A stretch of 64,000 nt of DNA from Mobula hypostoma (lineage: Eukaryota): contig NC_086109.1 of assembly GCF_963921235.1 (NCBI RefSeq), positions 10,356,001-10,420,000 on the forward strand. Reading direction: 5' to 3'. Below, piece by piece: positions 13,215-25,358 of this stretch (position 1 is the stretch's first letter; each line of letters starts with the position of its first letter). Position numbers and translations under genes: made by a program. The notes under the pieces are model-generated. The model did not search any database, was not told the DNA's origin, and saw nothing but the letters and a program-made list of their open reading frames with translations.

Positions 13215-13630
13215 AAGTCAAGTTCAAGTTGAAGTTTATTGTCATCAGACTGTACATATATACAACCAAATGAAACAATATTCCTCTGGACCACAGCGTA
13301 CCCACAGGGCATATATAACACAGCACTTAAAGCAAAATATTTCTGTAAATAAGTTAATAAAATTTAATTCAAAATGGACGCAGCACAGGTAAACAGTAAG
13401 CGCTGTTTTGTTAGCGTTTTGCTAATCATGAGACCTTGGTGGTAGCAGGGTATTCTCACAGCCTGAGGGAAGAAGCTGTTCCCCAGCCTGGCAGTCCTAC
13501 TCCTGATGCTTCTGTACCTCCTTCCTGATGGTAGAGGGTCGAAAAGGTTGTGGGATAGGTGGTAGGGATCCTCAACAATGCTTTGGGCCCTTCGTCTGAA
13601 ACGCTCCCGGTAAATGTCACAAATAGGGTG
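13215..13630 (-). mobile_element. Rex/L2-type LINE 3' fragment
   Basis: DPYHLSHNLFDPLPSGRRYRSIRSRTARLGNSFFPQAVR with a (ttgaac)n tail; related tail at 10590-10811. Confidence 0.8.
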
Positions 13631-14291
13631 TCCATACAAGCATAAAATAGTCAAAGCGATAGTGGTGAGATAATGATTCGGTTTGTGCCTGTTGGTTCAA
13701 GAACCGAATGGCTGCAGGGAAATACTTGTTCCTGAACCTGGTGGAGGCACTTGCAACATCACAGGCGCAGGGCGTCGAATGAACAGCATTCACAAGAGAA
13801 ACATAATGAAAACATAAATTATACACAATTGTTACAAGACAGAACACAGAACATAAAAAAAAACAAAATCCATATTTGTGCAAAGAGATCAAAATGGTTA
13901 TAGTGGCACTAAACTATAGTAATTAGGGTTTTGCTGGTTGGTAAATGTTTGAAGGGAGATACAGTGGATTGGGACACCTCAGTATAGCTCAGCCCAATTA
14001 AACAGCTCCCCCAATTTGCCAATGTTTCATGGAAATAGGTAAAAATGTATAAAAGAGACAAACTACAGTCTGAGTAACAAAATATGTATTTAAATGAAAT
14101 AATGGAACAAATTAGAACACTGCCAATACTATAAAACTATGTATTAGTTCCTAATAGTTATCAGCAGAGTCTGTAGATTGTGGAATCAGTTCAGAATTTG
14201 GTGAGTGGAGTATAGATGGTGGGGAGGGATGCATCTGTGGTCACATCAATACATTAATACAGCATATTCCATTATTATCCAAAAATCTTAC

Positions 14292-14372
14292 CACTCTCTG
14301 TTTTGGATATATTTCATAATTGAACCACTAATATCCACTTGGGTGGAGAACTCTAAAATCTCTTTAGCCTCC
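14292..14372 (-). pseudogene. Exon EAKEILEFSTQVDISGSIMKYIQNRE(W)
   Basis: Strong acceptor ctccctttcttgacag and donor TG|gtaaga; 81 nt open, phase 2-2. Confidence 0.6.
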
Positions 14373-14527
14373 CTGTCAAGAAAGGGAGACCTTAACAAAG
14401 TAACCTATATTGATGCTTGGATGAAGGGGCTGAATGCTCCGAAGCCAGATCTGCTGACGATACAAAATAATTGTTGCTAGCTAGAAAATGGCAAGTTAGC
14501 AAGATGTGAAAAAACAAAGGACAAACT

Positions 14528-14903
14528 ATGACAAACTTCTATTTATTTATATACACACATTCTTTTTCTCTCTCTCCTTTTTCTCCCTCTGTCCCTCTCA
14601 CTATACCCCTTGCCCATCCTCTGGGTTTCCCCCCCTCCCCCTTTTTCTTCTCCCTGGGCCTCCTGTCCCGTGATCCTCTCGTATCCCTTTTGCCAGTCAC
14701 CTGTCCAGCTCTTGGCTCCATCCCTCCCCCTCTTGTCTTCTCCTATATTTTGGATCTCCCCCTCCCCCTCCAACTTTCAAATCCCTTACTCACTCTTCCT
14801 TCAGTCAGTCCTGACGAAGGGTCTCGGCCCGAAACGTCGACTGTACCTCTTCCTAGAGATGCTGCCTGGCCTGCTGCGTTCACCAGCAACTTTTATGAGT
14901 GTT
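14528..14903 (+). mobile_element. Penelope-like element 3' end/pLTR with minimal hammerhead motif
   Basis: Pyrimidine-rich tract, then CAGTC-CTGACGA-AGGGTCTCGGCCC-GAAA-CGTC-GACTG, then gatgctgcctggcctgctg. Confidence 0.75.
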
Positions 14904-14991
14904 GATATAACTGAATGATGGAATAGAGTTGCTCCTGATACCAGTTCTTATGTCCTTATTCTGTCAAGATCTAAAGAGAACCGTTGATAAC

Positions 14992-15058
14992 ATATTGACT
15001 TTAATAAAAAGATTCAGGTTTTTTTTGGATATATACAGAATCTTCCACTCAGCATTAT
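14992..15058 (-). pseudogene. Candidate exon (D)NAEWKILYISKKNLNLFIKVN
   Basis: Acceptor ttttgtctcttagttttgcag; the donor is weak and uncertain. Confidence 0.45.
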
Positions 15059-16412
15059 CTGCAAAACTAAGAGACAAAATTAATGCTTTGCTTTCAATTA
15101 ACAAAAGAAAGTAATGTTTGTGGAATGCAATAATTTTTCCACAGTGAAATGGGCAAGGCATCTCTACTGCATACTTCAATTGCCATATTTTTATGGTGTA
15201 ATCTTGTATATTGGTACTGGGTGAAGGAGTGGAGATATAAGACATAGCACTATAAGACGTAAGAGCAGAATTAGGCTCCGCAGATCTCTCTACCAAAGGA
15301 GGTGTGAGGTGCTCCTTCACTCTGCTAGCCTTGGGCAAGGTGTAGCACCTGCTTAGCCCCCCCTGATCAGGGTCACGTGAAACCATGGGAGCAGGTGGTG
15401 GATGGTCGTATGAGCAGCTGGTGCATATCACAAGTCCTGGTTATGCGACCACTGGCACCAGGCAGACAATCTCTGAAGTGTATTGATAATGGCTGGGGTC
15501 ATTGTATTGTAAAGGCACTGCCCAGATGAAGGCAATGGCAAATGAGTTCAGTAGCAAAAATTGCCAAGAACAATCATGGTCAAAGACCATGATCGCCCAC
15601 ATCGTACGACTTGACACATAATGATGATGATACTGGTTTATTATTGTCACACGTATCAAGATACAGTGAAAAGCTTTTGTTTTGCGTGCCACGCAGACAG
15701 ATCGTGCCAAACATACTTACACCAAGGTAGTAAAAAGAAAACAGAATACAGAGTATGTCCTGTGCAGGGTTTCAACCCAAAGTCATGACATCCTCTTTCT
15801 TCCCACTGATGCTGCTTGGCCAGCAGAGTTTGTCCAGCACATTGTGTGTTGCTGCAGAATATGGTATTACACTTGGGTAAAGTACAGTGCAGGTAGACAA
15901 AGAAAATTCAAAGATAAAGGAGATTAGTTTGAATTGATACACGTACACTGAAACATCAAAACATAGGGTGAAATGCATCATTCGCATCAAAAGCCAACGC
16001 AGTTGGGGGCAGTCCACAAGAGTCACCATTCTTCCAACGGCAGCATAGCACATCCACAACTTACTAACCCCAGCCTGTGCGAACTCCTTACAACAGCGGC
16101 GGAACTGAACCTCGAACACTGGTGCTGCAAAAGTTGATCGGGGCGTCAAGAGTGGAAGAGTTCACCTTCGGACGTATGCGAAATCCTTTTAGGAGTCTGA
16201 TCACAGCGGGACAGAAACCGATGGTTAATGCTCTCAGGCTTTTGTATCTTCTGCCCAGTGGGAGAGGGGACAACAGAGATTGACTGAGGTGGGAGGGGGT
16301 CCTTGGTTCTGTTGGTTGCTTTCCCGAGGCTGTGGGAAACGTAGACAGACTCAATGGAAGGGAGGTCAGTTTACATGATGGTCTGGCTGTGTTCACAACC
16401 CTCTGCAATTTC

Positions 16413-16727
16413 AAACACAAGAAAATACGTAGATGCCGGAAATATAGAGGACCACTCACAAAATGCTGGAGGAACACAGCAGGCCAGGCAGTATTCATGG
16501 AGAAGAGTAAATAGTAGACGTTTCGGGACATAACCCTTCATCAGGACTGGAAAGGAAAGGGGAAAAAGTCAGAATAATACCCTCCTCTCCCCATACCTTC
16601 TTATTCTGACTTCTTCCCCCTTCCTTTCCAGTCCTGATGAAGGGTCTTGTCCCGGAATGTCGACTGTTTACTCTTTTCCATAGATGCTGTCTGACTTGCT
16701 GAGCTCCTCCAGCATTTTATATGTGTT
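16413..16727. mobile_element. Fold-back Penelope pLTR-derived mini-element with 13-bp TSD
   Basis: Inverted arms of ~125 bp; flanking direct repeat CCTCTGCAATTTC at 16400-16412 and 16728-16740. Confidence 0.8.
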
Positions 16728-18241
16728 CCTCTGCAATTTCTAGCCGTCTTGGGCAGAGCAGTTGCCATACCAAGCCGTGATGCATCGAGTTAGGATTCTA
16801 TAACATTGGATACATATATACAATGTATGACTTCAAAACAGGCCATTCGGCCCAACCAGACCATGATGCTACATAAGTTCCATTTGGATATCTTGTTTTT
16901 TAAGTGCATCTCCAAAATTCACTTCAACCGGTCCCCGTGGTCATGTTCCTAGTTCTTACCACTCTTTGGGTAGAGAAGCCTCTTCTGGATTTCCTATCCA
17001 GTTTGGGTAGAAATTAAAGTTAATTTTCAGCCCTGTGGTTTACTAGAAATAACTGAGCTGTACATTCCGTAAGAAAAGGAAGCTTTCACACCAATAATTA
17101 GCTGGCTCCATCAATGCATAAAAATGTCATGGTCAAAGAGTCCTGGAGCATGGAAGTAAACCTGACAGCCCAGTCTGCCCATACTGAGTAAGATGCCTAT
17201 CCAGGTCCCACCTTCCTGTGTTTTAGCCCTCTAAATCTTTCCAGTCCGCATGCTCGTCCAAATGTCTGGAGGTCCATGTGCACACTTAGTCTTCTTTGCA
17301 CATTGGCTGTTTGTCAATTTTTGTTTGTGTGTAGTTTTTCATCGAATCTATCGTATTTCTTTGTCCTACTGAGAATGCCTGCAAGAAAATGAATCTCAGG
17401 GTAGTGTATGGTGGTGTACACTTTATTTATTTATTGAGATACAGTATTGAATTGGCCCTTCTGGCTCTTCGAGCCGCTCAACCCAGCAATCCCCCGGTTT
17501 AATTACTGGCCTAATCACGGGAGAATTTACAATGACCAATTAACCTACCAACTGGTACGTCTTTGGACTGTGGGAGAAAAACTAAACTTTCAGATATATA
17601 TGGATGGTATATCCTTCTATATATATCCAAAAGCTCTCTTTTCCTTCCACAGTCCAAAGACGTACCGGTCGGTAGGTTAATTGGTCATTGTAAATTCTCC
17701 CGTGATTAGGCTAGGGTTAAGTCAAAGGTTACTGGGCGACATGGCTCGAAGGGCCGGAAGGGCCTATTCTGTGCTGTATCTCAATAAATACATCTTTTCA
17801 GCATTAAGGTACCTCTCCTATAGCAGAGTGACTGAAACTGAACATAACACTCCAAATGCTGCCACGCCAATGTCTTCTACAACTGCAACAACCTCTCAGG
17901 AGGGTTCACCCATTGTACTAGCCGTGTCTCCTCCTGCAGACAGAGGCTACATAGGCTACATAAAGGCATGAAGCCAAGTGGCATTGTGAAAGAATGATCC
18001 TCTCTGCTGACTTGAAGCAATACCACAAGATGGAAAGTTCTGTTACGCCCAGTGCACGGGAAGCAAGCTTGACAGAGCAGAGACCACCGTCTTTGTCACT
18101 GTCTAAATCTGGCCAACCACAAATTATTCATCTTAGATCACTTGGGTTCAGCATCCATTCCTAAAGTAAATAATCAGAGCAGGAAATTTCAGGTGGACTT
18201 TGCTTCTATATTGCTGCCCACCGACCACCCAACCAAAACAC

Positions 18242-18394
18242 CTATTAATGTTGCTTTCTTGGTAATGTTTTAACAACGCTGTAATCTCTTTGTAAAAGAT
18301 TGTTCGAACAACACCACAGCATAAGATTAGAATGTACCGCAAAGTTTTGTTTGGAAGCAGGTTGGTTTAGCTAAGTGCAAGGATACATCAAGTG
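18242..18394 (-). pseudogene. Candidate disabled exon, HLMYPCT* ... TIFYKEITALLKHYQESNINR
   Basis: Strong acceptor ttctttccccttgttttacag, donor AG|gtgttt. No frame is open end to end. Confidence 0.45.
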
Positions 18395-19199
18395 CTGTAA
18401 AACAAGGGGAAAGAATTTGCTCTAATCACATCTGGTCACCATTTTGCCTCAGGCATTCCAGTTTTATTTTCTAATCTTTCTGATTTTTATCTCAGGAGTT
18501 AAATAATTTTTGTTTCCCATATTGCTCCTCAGCATTGTAAATTTCATAGTCCCTCTCCCATTGTTTAGACTTAGGAGGAAGCAGTTTTGAACTGACATTA
18601 GGAACTTTTTTTTTTACTCAAAGTGAACTTAAAGTGAACTTCTGCACTCCAGGACACTTTCATTATCAAGACTGGGATGGATGGATTTTTGGAAACATGT
18701 ACTTGAGAGGCACATCTCTGAGCCAGTCCTCATTAGGGGAAAGGAGGTGGAAAGATTCTCCTCCTTAAATCCATCACCCCTAGAGGGGCATAGGCCACCG
18801 ACAGTAGCTTACCGGAGTTCTCTGTCCTGGTTCAGTCTTTCAAGTTGTCTCCAGGTGTAGCCCATCTTCAAAGATGCTCCCTCTGCCAGGAATGAGGTCC
18901 ATGGAGCTTCCGCTGACATTTCTGTAGCTCTGGGTTTTTACTGGATAGCGATGCCAGCCCTATGCCCAACCTCCTTTCACTGCTGGGCTCGGGACCATCC
19001 ACTGCGTTGTTGTGGAGAGAATCAGTAGCTTTAAATTCCTTTATCACAGGATCTGTCCTGGGACCAGAATTTAAGTGTCGTCACAAATAAAGCACAACAG
19101 CACTTCTACTTTCTTGGAAGTTTGCGTAGATTCAGAATGTCAACAAAGGCTTTGAAAAACTTCTATAGATGCACAGTGGAGAGTATCCTGACTGGTTAC

Positions 19200-19805
19200 A
19201 TTAGATTAGATTATGAGGACACGCAGTCCTCTTTTATTGCCATTTAGTAATGCATGCATTAAGAAATGATACAATATTCCTCCGGTGTGATATCACAGAA
19301 ACACAGGACAGACCAAGACTGAAAAACTAACAAAACCACATAATTATAACATACAGTTACAACAGTGCAACAATACCATAACTTGATGAAGAACAGTCCA
19401 TGGCACAGTAAAAAAGTTCAAAGTTTCTCGAAAGTCCCACATCTCACGCAGACGGGAGAAGGAAGAAAACCCTCCCTGCTATGCCCGACCACAGTCCGAT
19501 TCTGAGTCGTCCAAAAACGTCGAGCTCTGATCAGCTCTCCAACGCCGAGTACTGAGCACCATTTCTATCCAAAAGCTTCGACCTCAGTCTCGGTCGCCAG
19601 CAGCAGGCAAAGCCGGGGATTTTAGGGCCTTCCCTCCAGAGATTCTCGATCACACAGTAACAGCGGCAGCGAACCGAGCATTTCAGAAATTTCTCCAGAT
19701 GTTCCTCTGCTTCTCACGTCTGTCTCCATCAAATCAGAATTGTCCACGGCCCCTATTTAACAGATACAATATCATTTCACCGGAGAGCTGCCATCTTCTC
19801 CTCCC
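19200..19805 (-). mobile_element. Young CpG-retaining non-autonomous retroelement
   Basis: Interrupts a Rex/L2 fragment; AATAAA and a (TCTAA)n tail on the minus strand. Confidence 0.6.
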
Positions 19806-20489
19806 ACCTTGGGCATACCATCATGGGCTGGTATGGAAACACCAACACCCAGGAATGGAAACGTCTGCAGAAAGTGGTAGATATAGCTCTCCCTACCACT
19901 AAGTATGTGGATCACTGCCACATACTTTGATGAAAGCAGCATCAAACCGCACCCCCCCCCACCATCCAGGCCAAGCCCCCTTTGCTACTACCATCAGGCA
20001 AATGGTACAGAAGCTTTGAGCCACACACCACCAGGATCAGGAATTTATTTATTATTTGTTTCCAGATACAGAAGCCCATCTGGCCCTTCGAGCCACGCCA
20101 CCCAGCAACACCCGATTTAACCCTAGCCTAATCATGGGACAATTTACAATGACCAATTAACCTATTAACCAGGACATCCTTGGACCATAGGAGGAGATCG
20201 GAGCACCCGAAGGAAACGCACACGGTGGATCCTAAGATTGAACTCTGAACTCTGGCACCCAAGCAGTAATACCATCGCACAAGCCTCTGTGCTACCATGG
20301 CAACCAATTATCCCTCCCAATTCCATTAGTACCCTACAATGCTCAGGCTCCTCAACAGGTGGGGATAACTTCAATCACCACTACTCTGAACTGATTCTAC
20401 AACCTGCAGGCTCACTTTCATGGACTTCCCACAACTTGTGTTTTCTGTATTTTTTGCACAGTTTGTCTTTTGCACATTTGTGTTTGTCC

Positions 20490-20726
20490 ATTTTAACAAA
20501 GACGAAGGTCTCATTCTAAGAACTGGAATTTAATTGTAAGGTAGGACAGTGAAAACCTGATTGGATGAGAACTAACCAATCAGGAAGGACGGATAATGGG
20601 TGTATAAACACCTCCAAACGAGATATGCCCAGGCATTATCCCTGATGAAGATGACAGAGTTTGTCATTGAAACGTCGGTTAAAATCAATTCCTGTACCCA
20701 GCAGGAAGCCCGAGAAGAGTTTATTT
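20490..20726 (+). mobile_element. Second Penelope-like pLTR family fragment
   Basis: CCAAT/TATA-like motifs followed by CTGATGA-hairpin-GAAACGTC. Confidence 0.6.
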
Positions 20727-21180
20727 GTCTATCTTTGTCTCTGTATAGTTTTCCATAAATTCTACTGTATTTCTTTTTGCCCTGTAAGAAAATGAATCTC
20801 AAGGTGGTATATGGTAACAGTTAGGTACTTGGATAATCAATTTACTTTGAATTTTTAATTTAAAAGCAATGATTTTGAATGTTGGAGTAGATTCAAAGGA
20901 GCTGTATGATTAACTCCTGTTCCCATTCCTTAGCTTGTACATTTGTAGATAAAACACAAAGACACAGTGTCCCATAGAGAATCAGCCCTTGTGGTTATTC
21001 GACCAACTTATGTTAGTACCAGAATATTTGTACAGTACACTAGCAAAGTTCAAATTGTCCCAGTCCATCCATGCTCTTATATAGAGCAAAATGTCAGAAA
21101 TATGACATGACAATTGTGAGAGTCCAAGGCCAAGGACTGGTGCATGGAGATCTGAGCTGCTGCCTGTTTGTTGAAATTGA

Positions 21181-21182
<2 letters not shown>

Positions 21183-21229
<47 letters not shown>

Positions 21230-21257
21230 TGCGTGTGTGTGTGAGAGAGAGAGAGAG
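21183..21257. repeat. (GT)n followed by (GA)n microsatellite
   Basis: Directly visible. Confidence 0.97.
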
Positions 21258-21520
21258 GGTGGGTGGGTGGGAGAGTGGAGAGTGTTTTGCTGTTGTCATT
21301 TTGTTTAGTTGCTGTGTTGTTCTTACTGTTCTGATAAACATTGTGGGCATGCTATGTTGGTGCCAGAATGTGTGGCGACATTTGCCGGCTGCCCCCAGCA
21401 CATTGTCAGGTTGTGTTGGTTGTTAATGCAAATGACACATTTCACTGTATGTTTCCATGTACATACATAAATTTGAATTTGAAAAAATACCTAAATATGA
21501 AAAAATAATTTAGGTAATAC

Positions 21521-21637
21521 CTGTACTTCCGCCAATAACAGGTTGGAAACCAAACCCAAAATTCCAATTTGTTCTGGGCTGGCTATGTGGGCACTTCAGC
21601 TAAGGAAAGCACACCAATACCTCTGCTTCCTCAGAAC
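21521..21637 (-). pseudogene. Candidate exon VLRKQRYWCAFLS*SAHIASPEQIGILGLVSNLLLAEVQ (in-frame TGA)
   Basis: Acceptor atttccttcag, donor CAG|gtatta, 117 nt, phase 0-0. Stop at 21596-21598. Confidence 0.45.
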
Positions 21638-23214
21638 CTGAAGGAAATCTGCATGTTACTGCTAACTCTTACGATTTTTACAGATGCACAATAGAAAACA
21701 CCCTATCTGAATACATCATGGCAATTAGGTAACATCTTCTTCCCCCAAGGCTGCTGAGCTTCTTTACACTCTGCTGTCGCCCAGCACGCATGTGCACCCT
21801 GTCCGAATGCCGTGTGGCCCTCTCCTTTCCCCCACCCCCACCACTCCCCAACACTCACTCTCATCCTGCACCGGTCACTTTGCATCTTTTATTGCCGCTG
21901 TTTCACATAGTTATACAGCTGCTTCTTTTATTAGAATAGTACCAGTAACATTACACTGTCTTACATAAATATACACCTCACACTTTATGCCAACCTAAGG
22001 CCAGGCCAATCACAGACTTGTGCTAATATTATCAATTAATGAAAGACCAAACCAACTTGGGCATTCAATCAGTGTGCAAAAGACAATAAACTGTGCAAAT
22101 ATAAAAAGAAATAACTAATAAATAAATAGATAAATTAATTAATTAATAAGCTAGCAATAAATATCAAAATCATGAGATGAAGCGTCCTTGAAAGTGAATC
22201 CATTGGTTCTGGGAATGTTTTAATGATGGGGCAAGTGAAATTGCGTGAAGTTATCCCCTATGGTTCAAGAACCTGATGACTGAGGGATAATAACTGTTCC
22301 TGAACCTGGTAGTGTGAGTCCTGAGGTCCCTGTACCTTCTTCCTGACGGCCCCAGTAGGGAGAGAACACGATGTGGGTCCCTGATGATAGACTCTGCTCT
22401 CCCACAACTACGCTCCGTGTAGATGTGCTCAATGGCGGGGAGGGCTTTACTCGCGATGGACTGGGCCGTATCTACTTCTTTTTGTAGGATTTTCCATTCA
22501 ACAAGTTATTTTCACTGAAAGAACTGTCACAGGATGCATTTTTTTAAATTTTTTTCACACCTTTCTCTGTAAACTCTTGGGGCTGCTATGCGTGAAAATC
22601 CCAGGAGATCGACAGTTTCTGAGGTACTCATATCACCCCATTTGGCTCCAACAATTATCCATGGTCAAAATCACTTAGATCACATTTCTCCCCCATTCTA
22701 ATCTTTAACCTGAACAACAACTGAACCTCTTAACTGTAGCTGCATGCTTTTATCCATTGAGTTGCTGCCACGTGATTGGCTGATTAGATATTTACACTAA
22801 TAAGCAGGTGTAGGGGTGTACCTAATAAAGTGGCCACTGAGAGTATAATCACTTCTAGTTTATCTATTACTGACAATATAATTATGTAATGCAGAATGAT
22901 GTGCAGAACAAAATCTTATATAATATCTTGGTACATAATGACAATAATAAATCACTGTAATGACATAATAAAATTTGGAAAAATTCAGCCAATGTTTTGA
23001 TAATTGTTTATTTTCTCAATTTTAAAATAGTACTTCCATTAAACATTGTGGGAAATTTCCTGCACATTGAAGCAGAATTGTTAACAAGCTGGTATTGGAT
23101 ATTTGAGATGTAACTTATTTGATACACTCGCTGCTCAGTTATTGTGAAAAGCTTTTTATCTCCAAAAGTTACTTGTAACAATATAACACTTCCTCTTAAA
23201 CCTGTATTCATTAC

Positions 23215-23334
23215 TTTGTGGCTTGTGCAGATGTCAGGTGCTGATGGGATCAGGGTCAGCCTTGGATTTCTATAGTGTGTTAGCACATTGTAGTATGTCC
23301 TCTCCCACACACCAACAATAGCCATGGCAGCAAT
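23215..23334 (-). pseudogene. Candidate exon IAAMAIVGVWERTYYNVLTHYRNPRLTLIPSAPDICTSHK
   Basis: Acceptor ccgtctttacacag and donor AAA|gtaatg; 120 nt open. The acceptor overlaps a repeat-like sequence. Confidence 0.35.
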
Positions 23335-24001
23335 CTGTGTAAAGACGGAGTTAATGTTTGAGGTCTAAGGCTCTGTAAAGGATCTTCAACCCAAAACATT
23401 AACTCTTTTTCTCTTTCCACACGGATGCTGCCTGACCTGCTGAGTGTTTCCAGCATTTTCAGTTTCTCCCCTCTTCCTCTACTCCCCACTCTGCCCTTCT
23501 ACCTCTTCTCACCTGCCCGTCACTTCTCCCAGGTCCCCCTCCTCCTTCCCTTTCTCCTATGGTCCAATCCCCTCTCCTATCGGATTCCTTCTTCTCCAGT
23601 CCTTCATCTTTGCTACCTGCCTGGCTTCACCTGTCACCTTCCAGCTAGCCTCTCTCCTTTTTGTTCTGGCATCTTCCCCCTTCCTTTTCTGTCCTGAAGA
23701 AGGGTCTTGGCCCGAAACATTGACATTCATTTCTGTAGATGATGCCTGACCTGCTGAGTCTCTCCAGCTATTTTTGTGTGTTGCTCGAATTTCCAGCACC
23801 TGCAGATTTTCTCTTGTTTGCGTGTGCTGCTTCAGTTTTTTTTAAATTTCTGATTCACAATTTTTTACACTTTCATTATAGTAGCCAGATGTGTTCTGAG
23901 ATGGGCTCAACAGTTTTCTGATCATAGTACTTGAATCAAAACAGTAAAAGTTGTTAGACAGATAAAAACAGCCAAACAAATTCAAACTAGTCTGTAGGTA
24001 C

Positions 24002-24071
24002 CACTTAGTCTTTAATGTTCCACAGTCCTGAGCACTGATATAGCATAACACACCAGTGTGACAAAGATCCT
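24002..24071 (-). pseudogene. MROH-like exon (K)DLCHTGVLCYISAQDCGTLKTK
   Basis: Acceptor tgtttgtatggtag, donor TG|gtacct. The LCY resembles the recalled MROH 'SALILCYG' motif. May extend to ~23872. Confidence 0.45.
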
Positions 24072-24184
24072 CTACCATACAAACATAAACCATTTAAAAT
24101 AAGGGAAATTATCCCACACACCCAGGCCCCTACTTACCTCTAAGCTAACAATATTAAAACAGTGGTCATTATATATTTTTTAAC

Positions 24185-24818
24185 ATTACAGCATAGTACA
24201 GGCCTTTCAGACATGATGTTATGCTGACTCTTTAACTTATTCTAAGAAAAATCTCTCCTTCCTTCCTACAGAGCCCTCTGTTTTTCTATCATCCATGTGC
24301 CTATTTAAGAGTCTCTTAAATGCCTCTACCACCTTAAAAACTTGCCTCTGACATTCCCCACTATACTTTCCTCCAAACTCCTTAAATAGATGTCTCCTCA
24401 TCTCAGCCATTTCTGCTCGAGGAAAACGTCTCTGGCTATCCACTCGATCTATGCCTCATATCACCTTGCACACCTCTGTCATGTCACCTTTCATCTTCCT
24501 TTGCTCCAAAGAGAAAAGCCCTAGTTCGCTCACCCTATCCTCATAAGACATGCTCTCTAATCCAGGCAGCGTCCTGGTGAATCTCTGCAACCTCTCTGAA
24601 GTTTCCACATCCTTTCTGTAATGAGGCGACCAGAAATGAACTCAATATTCCAGTGTGGTCTAACCAAATTTTTATAGAGCTGTAACATTACATCATGGCT
24701 CTTGAACTCAATCCCCTGGCTAAGGAAGACTAACATACCATTCAGTTCTTAACAACTTGATCAGCTACTTTGGTGTGGACCTCAAGATTTCTCTGTTCAT
24801 CGACACTACCAAGAATCT
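24185..24818 (-). mobile_element. Decayed CR1 LINE 3' fragment
   Basis: AFKRLLNRHMD motif; reverse-complement similarity to the other CR1 copies. Confidence 0.85.
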
Positions 24819-24912
24819 TATTGCTGTTTGCAGGAGTGTGCATTGTGAGAATTAGCTGCAGCTAATTCCATAATGCACATTGGAAATAACTGATTGGTAG
24901 AGATGAGAGTAC

Positions 24913-25064
24913 TTTCTGCATACTGCGGGCTGCATTGGTTAAGTATGATCACAATTTTGAAAACCTGCTTAAACCTTTGCTTTGAAGGTAAGTACAGCCT
25001 GTTCGGTTGCAGCATGACTTCCAGGAGGTTTCTTTGGAATGTATCTATTGCATAACAGAAGTAC
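24913..25064 (-). pseudogene. MROH-like exon YFCYAIDTFQRNLLEVMLQPNRLYLPSKQRFKQVFKIVIILNQCSPQYAE
   Basis: Acceptor attgcacag. 152 nt open, phase 2-1. Donor A|gtactc is phase-compatible with the exon at 24002-24071. Confidence 0.5.
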
Positions 25065-25271
25065 CTGTGCAATGCAATAGAGATTGCAATTCCAAAGTAT
25101 TGCTTCAGTTCTGAAGTTAATTATGATGTCTTGACATTGTGAAAGATGCAATGGAAAGATACATGTTCTTTCAGCAATTTTTTAATCATATATAGTAAGA
25201 TTTTGAAAATAACTTTCAAAATCAATGACTGAATGAAATAAGCATCACCAATTGTGATTAGCATTGCTCAT

Positions 25272-25358
25272 CTGAAATCCAATTCACTGAAGACCTTGGC
25301 GGCTAAATATACAGTATGTGCAGAAACAACATGTTCTATCAGGACCCCAATCACTTTG
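25272..25358 (-). pseudogene. MROH-like exon KVIGVLIEHVVSAHTVYLAAKVFSELDF(R)
   Basis: Acceptor gttcttaatcag. 87 nt open, phase 2-2. Ends AG|atgagc (donor-like, with AT instead of GT) in phase with the next exon. Confidence 0.55.

Noticed and set aside
14205..14480. PM20D1-like words (IIEPLIS on +; LLLCNRYIPKK at ~25060 on -)
   Set aside because: Short matches on opposite strands, each overlapping a better-supported minus-strand exon in another frame; probably chance.
17031..17068. Plus-strand mini-exon (ttttcag|...|gtaaga, PCGLLEITELYIP)
   Set aside because: Isolated, with no partner plus-strand exons or recognisable product.
14292..25358. START lipid-transfer domain interpretation of the minus-strand exons (FRYFC ~ PRDFC; NREW ~ R.EWD)
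   Set aside because: Only isolated short matches with inconsistent spacing and order. The MROH interpretation explains more exons collinearly, although it too is unverified.
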